From an uncultured Spirochaetota bacterium (GTDB taxonomy: Bacteria > Spirochaetota > Brevinematia > Brevinematales > JAOACQ01), in the NCBI GenBank assembly GCA_963783575.1, contig CAWAOD010000010.1:128001-192000 (forward strand): a DNA stretch of 64,000 nucleotides, given 5' to 3'. The notes under the pieces are model-generated. The model saw only the letters and a list, made by a program, of their open reading frames with translations. It did no database searches and was not told where the DNA came from. The translations under genes and the position numbers were made by a program. Below, in pieces: positions 17,874 through 27,883 of the stretch. The number at the start of each line of letters is the position of its first letter. The first letter of the stretch is position 1.

Positions 17874-19318
17874 AGGAAAAGATAATATCCAGACCGGAAT
17901 CTATGTTCGAAAAGTATGAAAGGAAAGGCGGTTCGGCAATGACTGCCACTCATTATTGTCCCGGGTGTGGTCATGGCATTCTTCATAAATTAATCGGGGA
18001 AGCACTTACTGAGCTTGAAATTACCGACAGAACAGTTCTTATAAGTCCTGTCGGATGTGCGGTTTTCGCTTATTATTACTTTAAATGTGGCAACATTCAG
18101 GTTGCTCATGGAAAGGGCTCCCGCCGTAGCAACAGGCATTTCACGTGCACAGGATAATGCAGTCGTTATTTCTTACCAGGGAGATGGCGATCTTGCTTCA
18201 ATCGGATTGAATGAAACAATGCAGGCTGCAAACCGTGGTGAAAAAATTGCAGTTTTCTTTGTGAATAATACCGTTTATGGTATGACCGGCGGACAGATGG
18301 CCCCGACCACTCTGATCGGAGAATCGACAACAACATGCCTTGAAGGACGTGATCCGCTTTATGCCGGTTATCCGCTGCATATGTGCGAGATCATAAATAC
18401 CCTCAAAGCCCCGGTTTATATCGAAAGGGTTTCCGTTTCCGATATTCAGCATATACGTAAAGCAAAAACTGCCGTTAAAAAAGCCCTTAAAATCCAGAAA
18501 GAAGGTAAAGGTTATACTTTTGTTGAGGTTTTATCTCCATGCCCTACGAACCTTGGCCTTGACAGTTTAAAAGCCGCCGAATTTGTAAATAATGAAATGG
18601 AGAAAGAATATCCGCTTCAATGTTTGAGGGACCATACTGATGAAGCTGTTCCTGTACACCGTCCGGAAAGTGATTTCAGTAAAAAGAATATCGACAATCT
18701 TTTTAATCTTAATAGAAATTCCTCTCATTCAACTAAGGAAGATCCTGCATTCAAACCAGTTGAGATCAAAGTAGCCGGTTTCGGCGGGCAGGGAGTTTTG
18801 AGCCTTGGTCTTATGATCGCTTCTGCAGCCCAGAAAGCGGGGCGTTTTGTTCATGGTATCCTTCTTACGGTCCGGAACAGCGGGGCGGAACTTCCAATTG
18901 CGGGGTTATTATATCGGGAAAAGAAATCGGCTCTCCGGCTGTATATGAGCCGGACATTCTCATCGCTATGAACCGTCCATCCCTGGAAAGGTTTGCTAAA
19001 GATGTCAAACCCGGAGGGGTAGTGATTTACGATACGACTATAGGTGAATTTTCATTCTCCGCAGGAATAAAAGCAGTTAGCATACCGGCTGTTCAGACTG
19101 CCAGGGAGGCAGGCAATGAGAAGGCAGCCAATAACGTGATACTCGGAGTTTTAAAAGCCCTTGGTTCCGCCGGATTGCCGGGTGAAGTTTTCGCGAAAGC
19201 TATAGAAGAAACCTTTGCAAAAAAACCCAAGCTCATCGCCCCAAATTTGAAAGCTCTGGACGCCGGCTACACAATCTATAATAAGATGTACGGCAGAATG
19301 GACAAAGAGCAGAATTGA
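17870..19318 (+). CDS. vorA: 2-oxoacid:ferredoxin oxidoreductase fused beta-gamma subunit (VorA type), interrupted by two single-base indels
   Basis: [32 protein letters not shown]. Removing one A at ~18113 restores AHGRAPA; adding one T at ~18850 restores [19 protein letters not shown], giving one ~482-aa frame. Confidence 0.8.
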
Positions 19319-19367
19319 AAAAAGGCTTCTATTTCAAAATTTATAATAAACTTAATAGAAATAATTA

Positions 19368-20777
19368 TCAAATTTTTTCTTCATCAGATAGGATATAAAG
19401 GGCTTTCAGGAACTCCAAACGGCATTCTCTGATGCGGTAATCATCATATTTAATTATCCGGATCTTTTTTTTCAGAACATCCTCATAAATATCTTTAATA
19501 ACTCCTTTCAGCACAGAATCGATCCAGGAAACCGGCATATTTTTAAGTGCAAAAACAACCTTAGCAAATCCTATTTCATCAATGATCAAATCGATTGCTC
19601 CACTGTATAAACCGCTGTTTAAAACTTCATTTTCAAAATCCAGTTTCTCAATAAAAGGAGTAAAATATATATTCTTGATCTCCCTGAAAAATAATATCAG
19701 GGAATCCATTCTTTTATCTTCGGATTTAATCTTTGAACTTTCTATATCCTCAATAAGCAGTTTTATACCATCCCTTGAGATTATCATGGAAAAAACATTT
19801 TTTATAATCGGGAATTGCGCAAAGCTTAAAGCTTCCGTTAAAACCCTTCGCTTTACATTATTGATAATCTCACGAACCCGCCCGCTTTTACCAAATTCAA
19901 GAAGCCACTCTTCTATTCCTTTTTTTTGAAGTTGATGTTTTAAAACAGTTATTTCATAACTTTTGCGTATAAAATCAATTACTTTCATTTCCCGAATGGG
20001 GATTTCCAGTTCCCTTGCTGATATGAAGATATTTCTGTTTATAATATAGCTAACTTCATCAGCCCAGCGATACGTTGAAGTCAATCTGGTGGTTTTAACC
20101 TTTTCGATTATTTCCTGTTTGACAGACCTTGATAAATTTTCAATTAAGATTTTTCCTTTATCCCCCAGGTCATAGATATATGAAGCAAGCATATCTGTTG
20201 ATGCGATTCCTTTATGAAGAAAGTGATTCAGTAAAGTCTGAATGCTATGGTCTGATAATGACAATATAATTTGGGCAAAATTATCGGGCGGTGTAGAGAG
20301 CCTTTGATAAATCGCTTTATCAAGTAATCTCAAATTCTCTTCTTTCATAATACTTTCAACAGCTTCATCATTGCCGTTTTTAACATTCAATAAAAGAAAC
20401 AATTCTCTCAGGTTTTTTTCGGTTAAAATTAGCAATCCGTTAATAGATGGATTATGCCCTGTTATGAAAGGTATTTTAAGAATTATATCATATGCAGATT
20501 TTGATTCTGAATTTTCAAAGAATTTTTTTATCTGTAGAAAGACCCTTTTCCGGCTTAAACCTTGCAATATTTTATAATTCTCAATATCTTCAATTAATCT
20601 ACTCTGCAATGGATGAGGAGACTGATCCAGAAAAACAAGAATTGAACTGTCGATCCGGTCCTGTTTACAAAATATTCTGATAATAAAGCCATTTTTATGG
20701 TAAATATGAAAATTTTCCAATTCTGCAGGTAAAATTTTAAAATTCCTATTTAAGAAAAGGTTTCCGATTATCTCCAT
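19368..20777 (-). CDS. Protein with tandem FliG C-terminal-like domains
   Basis: LSDHSIQTLL..LASYI..IENLSRSVKQEI, a second similar unit, and a terminal unit ending IRECRLEFLKALYILSDEEKI. Recognised by eye. Confidence 0.55.
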   Translation of the reverse strand: MEIIGNLFLNRNFKILPAELENFHIYHKNGFIIRIFCKQDRIDSSILVFLDQSPHPLQSRLIEDIENYKILQGLSRKRVFLQIKKFFENSESKSAYDIILKIPFITGHNPSINGLLILTEKNLRELFLLLNVKNGNDEAVESIMKEENLRLLDKAIYQRLSTPPDNFAQIILSLSDHSIQTLLNHFLHKGIASTDMLASYIYDLGDKGKILIENLSRSVKQEIIEKVKTTRLTSTYRWADEVSYIINRNIFISARELEIPIREMKVIDFIRKSYEITVLKHQLQKKGIEEWLLEFGKSGRVREIINNVKRRVLTEALSFAQFPIIKNVFSMIISRDGIKLLIEDIESSKIKSEDKRMDSLILFFREIKNIYFTPFIEKLDFENEVLNSGLYSGAIDLIIDEIGFAKVVFALKNMPVSWIDSVLKGVIKDIYEDVLKKKIRIIKYDDYRIRECRLEFLKALYILSDEEKI

Positions 20778-20839
20778 ATTAAATTACTTGCTTGGATAAA
20801 ATTAATAAAGTTAAAAATCAGAGTGCATAATTAATAATA

Positions 20840-22072
20840 TTACATGTTTTTGCAGATTTCAAGGGCAAACTCACTGGTTTTAACTTCTTTTGATCCTCCG
20901 ATCTGGCGTGCGAGGTCGTAAGTAACAACTTTGCTTTTGATTGTTTTTTCAATAGCCTGTTGTATAATACTCCCGGCTTCCTGCCATCCCAGGTATTCAA
21001 GCATCATTACCCCCGAAAGAATTAGAGAACCGGGATTGACTTTATCCAGATTGGCATATTTCGGAGCCGTACCATGGGTCGCCTCAAAAACAGCATAAAA
21101 ATCACCTATATTTGAACCCGGAGCCATACCCAGACCGCCAACCTGTGCCGCAATCGCATCCGATAAGTAATCGCCGTTAAGATTTGTTGTAACAACAACA
21201 TCGTATTCTTCAGGCTTAGTTAAAACTTGCTGGAACATGTTATCGGCAATTCTGTCCTTAACTATTATTCTGCCGTCCGGTTTGTTACTTTCCGATAACT
21301 CGGATTCTAGGATGATTCTGTCTCTGAATTCTGTTACAGCCACATTATAAGCCCAGTTTTTAAATGCGCCTTCTGTGTATTTCATAATGTTGCCTTTATG
21401 AACAATAGTAACACTTTTTCTTTTGTGATCAACTGCAAACCTAAAGGCTTTCCTGGCTATTCTTTCGCTGCCGAATTCACTGATTGGTTTAATTCCAATC
21501 CCGGAATCCTCTCTTACAGATTTTAAAAGTTTATTATTCAGGAATTCAATTAGCAGTTTAGCTTCATTACTGCCTTTAGCCCATTCAATCCCGCTGTAAA
21601 CATCCTCCGTATTTTCTCTGAAAATTATCATATCAACCGCTTCAGGCCTTTTAACCGGTGACGGTGTCCCTGAATAATATCTTACCGGACGGATGCAGGC
21701 ATATAAATCCAATAATTGCCTCAAAGCAACGTTCAGGCTTCTAATTCCGCCTCCTACTGGCGTTGTGAGAGGGCCCTTTATTGCTACAATATAATCTTTT
21801 ATTGCTTCAAGAGTTTCATCAGGGAGATAAGAATTATAAATCGAGTTGGCTTTTTCACCCGCATATATTTCCATCCAGGAAATTTTTCTTTTTCCGCCAT
21901 ATGCCTTTTCTACAGCAGCTTCAAAAACAATCTTCGAAGCCTTCCAAATATCCGCTCCTGTACCATCACCTTCAATGAAGGGGATAATCGGATTATCCGG
22001 CACTTTTAACATATCTTCTTTAATAATTATCTTTTCGCCGTCTTTTGGAATAATGATTTTTTTATAACTCAT
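20840..22072 (-). CDS. icd: NADP-dependent isocitrate dehydrogenase
   Basis: [45 protein letters not shown]. Start set at MSYKK. Confidence 0.97.
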   Translation of the reverse strand: MSYKKIIIPKDGEKIIIKEDMLKVPDNPIIPFIEGDGTGADIWKASKIVFEAAVEKAYGGKRKISWMEIYAGEKANSIYNSYLPDETLEAIKDYIVAIKGPLTTPVGGGIRSLNVALRQLLDLYACIRPVRYYSGTPSPVKRPEAVDMIIFRENTEDVYSGIEWAKGSNEAKLLIEFLNNKLLKSVREDSGIGIKPISEFGSERIARKAFRFAVDHKRKSVTIVHKGNIMKYTEGAFKNWAYNVAVTEFRDRIILESELSESNKPDGRIIVKDRIADNMFQQVLTKPEEYDVVVTTNLNGDYLSDAIAAQVGGLGMAPGSNIGDFYAVFEATHGTAPKYANLDKVNPGSLILSGVMMLEYLGWQEAGSIIQQAIEKTIKSKVVTYDLARQIGGSKEVKTSEFALEICKNM

Positions 22073-22359
22073 AAAACCTCTCATTTATAATAATGTTAGA
22101 TATTCATTATATATTAGTCGAATTAATTAAATAAAATAACATTGTAAACTTCACAATATTCTTTAAGTTTTTGAGTAACAATAAAATATTATATTTATTG
22201 CTAAAATAAGATTATTTTTTTTAATACAACTTCAAAATAAGAAATATAAATAAAACAGCGGATATTTTACATGATTAAGTAATTAATATCAAATAAAGAA
22301 TGGTACTTTGGTAATTGGGTGATCAGAAATTGAAATATAATTTAATGAACTTTAAAAAT

Positions 22360-22830
22360 TTAATAAGCCGGGGCTTCCGAGTGTTCATTGCCGGGCGTAT
22401 CAGGTAGAGCATCATCTTTTTCTTCCACATTTATCTCATAATCATTTAATTTTTTATTCCTGACATGTATTACTCCCATCCAGATACCATTTTCAGGATC
22501 CAGCTCCATTTTAACCCTTTCACGCGGATTGTTAAAATTTCCAATAATTTCAACATTGTTGATTCTATCCGAATGGGGATAAATAAATATTACTTTCATC
22601 GGTTTTATTTGATTTAATATCAATATTGTGGATAAAAGAATTGAAAGAGAAAATAATGAAACCGAAGCATATTTAAATATCTTTAATAATAAAAATCTAT
22701 TATAAATATTTCTATCTATATAATTTAAGATTTTATTCTGCAAATCTTCCGGTTCATTAATCTCCAGCCATCTATCATCTTTTTGTAAAAATCTAATTAA
22801 ATTAACATGAGCTAAGCTTGGTTTATTCAT
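22360..22830 (-). CDS. Putative anti-sigma factor: one TM helix plus a C-terminal CBM48/glycogen-binding-like domain
   Basis: Overlaps the ECF sigma stop; TM ASVSLFSLSILLSTILIL; VIFIYP..VEIIGNFNN....M....GIW..IHV.....YEI. Confidence 0.65.
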   Translation of the reverse strand: MNKPSLAHVNLIRFLQKDDRWLEINEPEDLQNKILNYIDRNIYNRFLLLKIFKYASVSLFSLSILLSTILILNQIKPMKVIFIYPHSDRINNVEIIGNFNNPRERVKMELDPENGIWMGVIHVRNKKLNDYEINVEEKDDALPDTPGNEHSEAPAY

Positions 22831-23353
22831 TTTGACCTCCGATAATTTTCTGTAATTTCTCCTTTGCCCTGTATATCCTGACTTTAACATTTTCTTCAGT
22901 TATTTCAAGTGTTTCTGAAATTTCTTTAATTGATAAATCATCCATATATTTTAAAAAGAGAATATTCTTCTCATCCTCGCTTATTTCTTCCATAGCTTTA
23001 AATAAAAACAATTTATCATCAACCGATAATAAACTATTATCGTTAAAAATTATTGAATTAATAAAATTCTCTGTTAATTCAACAGTTCTATTTTTATTCT
23101 TTTGAAAGAAACTCTTAATTACATTCATTTCAATCGCATAAATCCAACTGAAGAATTTTCTTTTCACATCATATTTTTTAATATAATTAAATAACCGCCA
23201 GAAAACTTCCTGTGATATATCCTCGGCATCGGCTTTATTTCTTACATGATAATATGCAAAAGAAAATACCCTTTTCTTATAAATTAAAACCAATTCTTCA
23301 AAAGCTTGAAAGTCTCCTTTTTGAGCCTTTGAAACAAGATCAAACTCTTCCAT
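22823..23353 (-). CDS. ECF RNA polymerase sigma factor
   Basis: GDFQAFEEL, DAEDISQEVF, FSWIYAI, LSIKEISETL..TEENVKVRIYRA. Confidence 0.93.
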   Translation of the reverse strand: MEEFDLVSKAQKGDFQAFEELVLIYKKRVFSFAYYHVRNKADAEDISQEVFWRLFNYIKKYDVKRKFFSWIYAIEMNVIKSFFQKNKNRTVELTENFINSIIFNDNSLLSVDDKLFLFKAMEEISEDEKNILFLKYMDDLSIKEISETLEITEENVKVRIYRAKEKLQKIIGGQNE

Positions 23354-23519
23354 TAATTTTTATCCCAACCCTATTCTCGTTTAATTATTTGTGCCTCTTA
23401 TTATGTTATGCCATTAACTTTTCTTAGAACCTTTATTATAATAATATAAATATATTTCAAATTCTTTTCAATAAAAAAGTATAATTAATTTTATGGGTAT
23501 AATTTCCCTTTTAATAAAA

Positions 23520-23549
23520 ATACTATAATTTAATTAATAAAGTTACAAT
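23520..23549 (-). promoter_or_regulatory. ECF-type promoter motif, copy 1 (upstream of the ECF sigma gene)
   Basis: Minus strand ATTGTAACTTT-N12-ATAGTAT, i.e. TGTAAC-16-TAGTA. Confidence 0.55.
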
Positions 23550-23574
23550 TAATTATAATAATTATAAAATTATT

Positions 23575-23705
23575 CAAAATAAACCCCCCATTCAAGATTG
23601 AATGAGGGGTAAACTTAGGGATAGGGATTTACAGAAATTGAACTTCTGTATAAAAAAGGCAACAAAATATTATTAAAATAAAATAACAAACATTAGTTAT
23701 AATAA
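23575..23705 (-). ncRNA. Candidate small RNA
   Basis: Follows promoter motif copy 2. Contains a hairpin (23630-23650) and a terminator-like hairpin (23583-23610) with a U-rich tail; G-U pairs form only on the minus strand. Confidence 0.4.
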
Positions 23706-23710
23706 TAGAT

Positions 23711-23740
23711 ATACTATCTATAACGAAACAAAGTTACAAT
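23711..23740 (-). promoter_or_regulatory. ECF-type promoter motif, copy 2
   Basis: Identical ATTGTAACTTT-N12-ATAGTAT with the same spacing as copy 1. Confidence 0.55.
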
Positions 23741-23761
23741 ATCGATAAAATATTTTTAAAT

Positions 23762-23797
23762 AAAAAAGGTGTATTGAAATTTAATCCAATACACCTT
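23762..23797 (-). terminator. groEL intrinsic terminator
   Basis: AAGGTGTATTG/CAATACACCTT stem followed by a T-run on the minus strand. Confidence 0.8.
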
Positions 23798-23819
23798 CTA
23801 AGAAATAATTTAATATTTA

Positions 23820-25454
23820 TCAGTACATATCACCCATTCCACCCATTCCACCGCCACCAGGCATTGGAGGATTTTTTTCTTTTTCGGGTTTATCTGTAAC
23901 AAGGACTTCGGTAATTAAAAGAAGTCCGGCAATGCTTGCAGCATTCTGAAGGGCAGAACGCTCAACCTTAGCGGGATCAATGATTCCTGCTTTAACAAGA
24001 TCAACCCATTCATCGGTCAAAGCGTTATATCCGAATCCTTCTTTTGATTCCTTAGCCTTATATACAACAACCGATCCATCGATACCTGCATTATCGGCAA
24101 TTAACCTCATCGGAGATTCAAGAGCCTTTATCACTATATCAACACCAACCTGTTCTTCATCATTACTTACTTTTAAACCCTGCAATGACTTTTGTGCCAT
24201 TAAAAGAGCCAGACCGCCACCGGGAACAATGCCTTCTTCAACAGCTGCTTTTGTTGCAGATAAAGCATCTTCAACACGGCCTTTCTTTTCTTTTAATTCA
24301 ACTTCAGTAGCAGCCCCTACTTTTATAACAGCGACTCCACCCGATATTTTAGCAAGCCTTTCCTGAAGCTTTTCTTTATCATAATCGGAGGTAGTATCAT
24401 CAATCTGCTTTTTAATCTGCTTTATCCTTGACTGAATGTTCTCCTTTGAACCGGCTCCGTCAACTATGGTAGTATTTTCTTTGTCAACTTTAATCTTTTT
24501 TGCCCGTCCCAGATCATTTATTGTTGTATTTTCAAGTTTCATTCCTTTTTCATCAGAAATAACCTGTGCTTTAGTCAATACGGCAATATCTTCAAGCATG
24601 GCCTTTCTTCTATCGCCAAAAGCAGGAGCTTTTACTGCAACACAATTCAATGTTCCCCTTAATTTATTAACTATCAATGTAGCCAGCGCTTCTCCTTCAA
24701 CATCCTCAGCAATTATTAAAAGAGGCTTACCGCTCTGGGCAATCTTTTCCAGCATTGGAACAAGTTCTTTTAAAGCTGAAATCTTTTTATCATAAATTAA
24801 AATATATGGATCTTCAAGTTCGGCGACCATATTTTCAGCGTTAGTGACCATATATGCCGACAGATAACCTCTGTCAAACTGCATACCTTCAACAACCTCA
24901 ACGACGGTATCAAGTGTTTTTGATTCTTCAACTGTGATTACACCGTCTTTTCCAACTTTTTCCATTGCCTCAGCAATATATCCACCAATATCGGTATCGT
25001 TATTGGCTGATATTGCGGCAACGTCCTTTATTTCTTCCCCGGAAACCGCTTTAGAAATCTTCTTGATTTCTTCAACAACTTTTGCAACAGCCTTGTCAAT
25101 ACCTTTTTTAATTAATGTAGGATTGCTTCCGGCGGTTACATTCTTAAATCCTTCCCTGATAATAGCATGTGCAAGAACAGTTGCCGTAGTAGTTCCGTCA
25201 CCGGCTATATCGTTTGTCTTCGTGGCAACTTCTTTCACTAATTGAGCTCCCATATTCTCAAAACGGTCTTCAAGTTCAATTTCCTTTGCTACCGTAACAC
25301 CGTCTTTAGTAATGGTCGGGGCTCCGAATTTCTTGTCAATAACAACATTTCTTCCTCTTGGTCCTAGAGTTGCTCCAACTGCATTGGATAATTTTTCTAC
25401 TCCCAACAAGATTTTTTGATGTGCGGCACTGGAAAAAAGTAATTCCTTCGACAT
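23820..25454 (-). CDS. groL: Chaperonin GroEL
   Basis: [23 protein letters not shown]-rich tail. Confidence 0.99.
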   Translation of the reverse strand: MSKELLFSSAAHQKILLGVEKLSNAVGATLGPRGRNVVIDKKFGAPTITKDGVTVAKEIELEDRFENMGAQLVKEVATKTNDIAGDGTTTATVLAHAIIREGFKNVTAGSNPTLIKKGIDKAVAKVVEEIKKISKAVSGEEIKDVAAISANNDTDIGGYIAEAMEKVGKDGVITVEESKTLDTVVEVVEGMQFDRGYLSAYMVTNAENMVAELEDPYILIYDKKISALKELVPMLEKIAQSGKPLLIIAEDVEGEALATLIVNKLRGTLNCVAVKAPAFGDRRKAMLEDIAVLTKAQVISDEKGMKLENTTINDLGRAKKIKVDKENTTIVDGAGSKENIQSRIKQIKKQIDDTTSDYDKEKLQERLAKISGGVAVIKVGAATEVELKEKKGRVEDALSATKAAVEEGIVPGGGLALLMAQKSLQGLKVSNDEEQVGVDIVIKALESPMRLIADNAGIDGSVVVYKAKESKEGFGYNALTDEWVDLVKAGIIDPAKVERSALQNAASIAGLLLITEVLVTDKPEKEKNPPMPGGGGMGGMGDMY

Positions 25455-25493
25455 ATTTACCTCTCCTTATTTAATTAAAATTTTTAACATAAA

Positions 25494-25522
25494 AATATAA
25501 TCAATATTACATTAATTGTCAA
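25494..25522 (-). promoter_or_regulatory. Candidate sigma70 promoter of groEL
   Basis: Minus strand TTGACA-17-TATATT. Confidence 0.55.
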
Positions 25523-25772
25523 GTCTTATGCCCCCTAATTTTATAGGAATTTAAAGCATTTTATCCGAATCTTTTTTTTATTGCTTAAATGTTTGAACAA
25601 TACTGCTATCTCCCAATCCTTTATTTCAGATTGTCTTTTGAATTATCCTTCAAACTTAAAATGAGGTATCAGATTCAACAAAAACTTTGTTGAAATATAC
25701 TCTATAATCTTGACGTTTTTGATATTTTTAATTAAATTAAATGATAATAAATTATATAAATGGAGGAAATAC

Positions 25773-26060
25773 ATGAAAGTAAAACCTTTAGGTAACAGAG
25801 TACTCATCAAAGTCAAAGAAACCGAAGAAAAAACTAAAGGCGGCATTTTTATTCCGCAAACCGCACAGGAAAAAACTCAAAGAGGAGTTGTGGAAGCTGT
25901 CGGTCCTGGAAAAAAGAATGATAAGGGTGAACTGATAGTAATTGATGTTAAGCCCGGTGATGAGATTATTTATGACAAATATGCAGGCACTCAGATTAAA
26001 ATCGATGATGTTGATTTTCTTATTCTATCCAGTGATGAAATCCTGGCAATCGTTTCTTGA
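25773..26060 (+). CDS. groS: Co-chaperonin GroES
   Basis: MKVKPLGNRVLIK, TKGGIFIP, AVGPG, KYAGTQI; GGAGG RBS. Confidence 0.97.
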   Translation: MKVKPLGNRVLIKVKETEEKTKGGIFIPQTAQEKTQRGVVEAVGPGKKNDKGELIVIDVKPGDEIIYDKYAGTQIKIDDVDFLILSSDEILAIVS

Positions 26061-26096
26061 GCTTTATCATTAAATGATTTATCATTAAATGATTTT

Positions 26097-27860
26097 CTAA
26101 AGGCGGCGTTTAAACGCCGCCTTTTTAAATCCTAATATTCCCCTGATAAAATCCAGTCCATACAATACCTGGCTGAGAAGTAAGAAAAAGGAGCTTATAA
26201 TTCCTTTTCTAAATCCATATAGATAAATCCTTGTTAAAAAAACAAATCCCAGATAACAAATCAGCGGAAGAAAATAATATAGATTTTTTAATATAATGGT
26301 AAAAATAATCGAAATCATTAAAAATAATATAAAAAATACTGAGACAATAAATTTAAGATCATGAATATATTTTGATGTATGGTATGTTTTTTCCCTGATT
26401 TGTATTGAACGTAAAAAGGCCTCATTTTTTATAAAATTTATTAAAGTACCGGGAGAAATTGGAAATTTTTTATAAAGCATTATATCCGGTGAATACACCA
26501 TTGATAACTTATTCTGCTGTACCAGCTTTGATAGAATAAATTCAACTTTCAAATTTGAATTGCTTGAACAGCCAAAATTTTCAAGCAATTTCTTATTAAT
26601 AAATAAACCATAAAGCTGAAGTTCATCAACTTTTATAAAATTCATTGGTTTATAACGGTACATTAAATTCAAATTCAGGAAGAAACTTTTTATTACAGTA
26701 TAAGAAATGAACTCAAAAGGAGTATAATCCGCCCTTAATTCTACATATCCGCCTGCCGAACCAACATTTTCAAGAGATAGTATTCTTCCCACATTAAACA
26801 AAAATCTTTCGTCCGGATATGCATCCAGCTTCGAAAAAACCGCGTATTCACCTTGAACTATGTTATTATCCAGGATCTCTTTCAGTCTATCGGTAAAAGA
26901 TATTTTATCCGATTTAATGAATATTAGCCTTGGATCGACAATATCAAAATTGCTTTTTCCCGAAAGAATTACATCATATGAATCATAGTTTATATTCAAG
27001 TATTTAATTAATGAATCCCTTTCATAATCATCATTTAATTCAGAAAAAAGAATAATTGTATAAAAATATTTTATATTTTCACCCAAAGGCCTGTTATAAA
27101 ACCTCAATATTTTATCCCTATAAAAAACTGCAAGCGTATCAAAAAAAGTATTTTTTATTGTTTTAAATTTTATATTCCCAAACGCACCTCTTTTAAAATT
27201 CAGCTCAATCGGGGCGGGACAAATGGTTTTATAATTTTTATAAAGAACAATTAATAATTCAATATCAAAGGCAAACTTTTTCACCAAAACTTTAGGCAAA
27301 GAAGTTTCCAGCGCTTCCCTTTTAAAGAGCTTTATCCCGGTTTGCGAGTCCATTACCGGAAGCCCAAAAAACAGTTTAATTATTGAATAATAAACAAAAC
27401 TTATAATACGCCGTTTTAAAGGATAAAATAATCTGGAATCAGGGTGAAGCTTGCTTCCTATAACTGCATCTGCTCCGGATTCGATCATAATTCTATAAAA
27501 ATTAGGAATATGATAAGGAGATAGTTCCAGATCGGAATCTAAAAAAAGTATATAATCGCCCGAAGAGTACTCATATCCCGTTTTGATAGCCCATCCCTTG
27601 CCGAAATTTTGATAATTACGAGCGATTTTTATTTTATCATAGTTTCTGAATTCCTGAATGACAAATTCATATGAACAATCGGAAGATCCGTCATTTATTA
27701 AAACAATCTCGTAATTAAAATCAAGATACTCCATTGCTTTAATTACTTCATAAATATTTTTTACAATAACTTTTTCTTCATTATAAAACGGCATAAGAAT
27801 TGACAATTTCTTGTTTTTTCTAATTTCCACAGGAATGTCATATCTTTCCAAAGGATTCAT
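26097..27860 (-). CDS. GT2 glycosyltransferase (polyprenol-phosphate glycosyltransferase-like) fused to a degenerate second GT2-like domain and C-terminal TM helices
   Basis: MPFYNEE, INDGSSD, NFGKGWA, FLDSD, DSQTGIK, FAFDIE; hydrophobic C-terminus. Confidence 0.85.
   Translation of the reverse strand: MNPLERYDIPVEIRKNKKLSILMPFYNEEKVIVKNIYEVIKAMEYLDFNYEIVLINDGSSDCSYEFVIQEFRNYDKIKIARNYQNFGKGWAIKTGYEYSSGDYILFLDSDLELSPYHIPNFYRIMIESGADAVIGSKLHPDSRLFYPLKRRIISFVYYSIIKLFFGLPVMDSQTGIKLFKREALETSLPKVLVKKFAFDIELLIVLYKNYKTICPAPIELNFKRGAFGNIKFKTIKNTFFDTLAVFYRDKILRFYNRPLGENIKYFYTIILFSELNDDYERDSLIKYLNINYDSYDVILSGKSNFDIVDPRLIFIKSDKISFTDRLKEILDNNIVQGEYAVFSKLDAYPDERFLFNVGRILSLENVGSAGGYVELRADYTPFEFISYTVIKSFFLNLNLMYRYKPMNFIKVDELQLYGLFINKKLLENFGCSSNSNLKVEFILSKLVQQNKLSMVYSPDIMLYKKFPISPGTLINFIKNEAFLRSIQIREKTYHTSKYIHDLKFIVSVFFILFLMISIIFTIILKNLYYFLPLICYLGFVFLTRIYLYGFRKGIISSFFLLLSQVLYGLDFIRGILGFKKAAFKRRL
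26099..26126. terminator. Bidirectional terminator between groES and the glycosyltransferase gene
   Basis: Palindrome AAAGGCGGCGTTT|AAACGCCGCCTTT followed by T residues; overlaps the last codons of the GT gene. Confidence 0.75.
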
Positions 27861-27883
27861 CTTACACCTCATTAATAAATTAT

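Noticed and set aside
18105..18860. Programmed ribosomal frameshifting in vorA or ftsQ
   Set aside because: No canonical slippery heptamer with a stimulator; multiple unrelated indels fit sequencing error better.
20815..20835. CIRCE half-site-like GAGTGCATAA
   Set aside because: Imperfect, has no partner half-site, and is not near chaperone genes.
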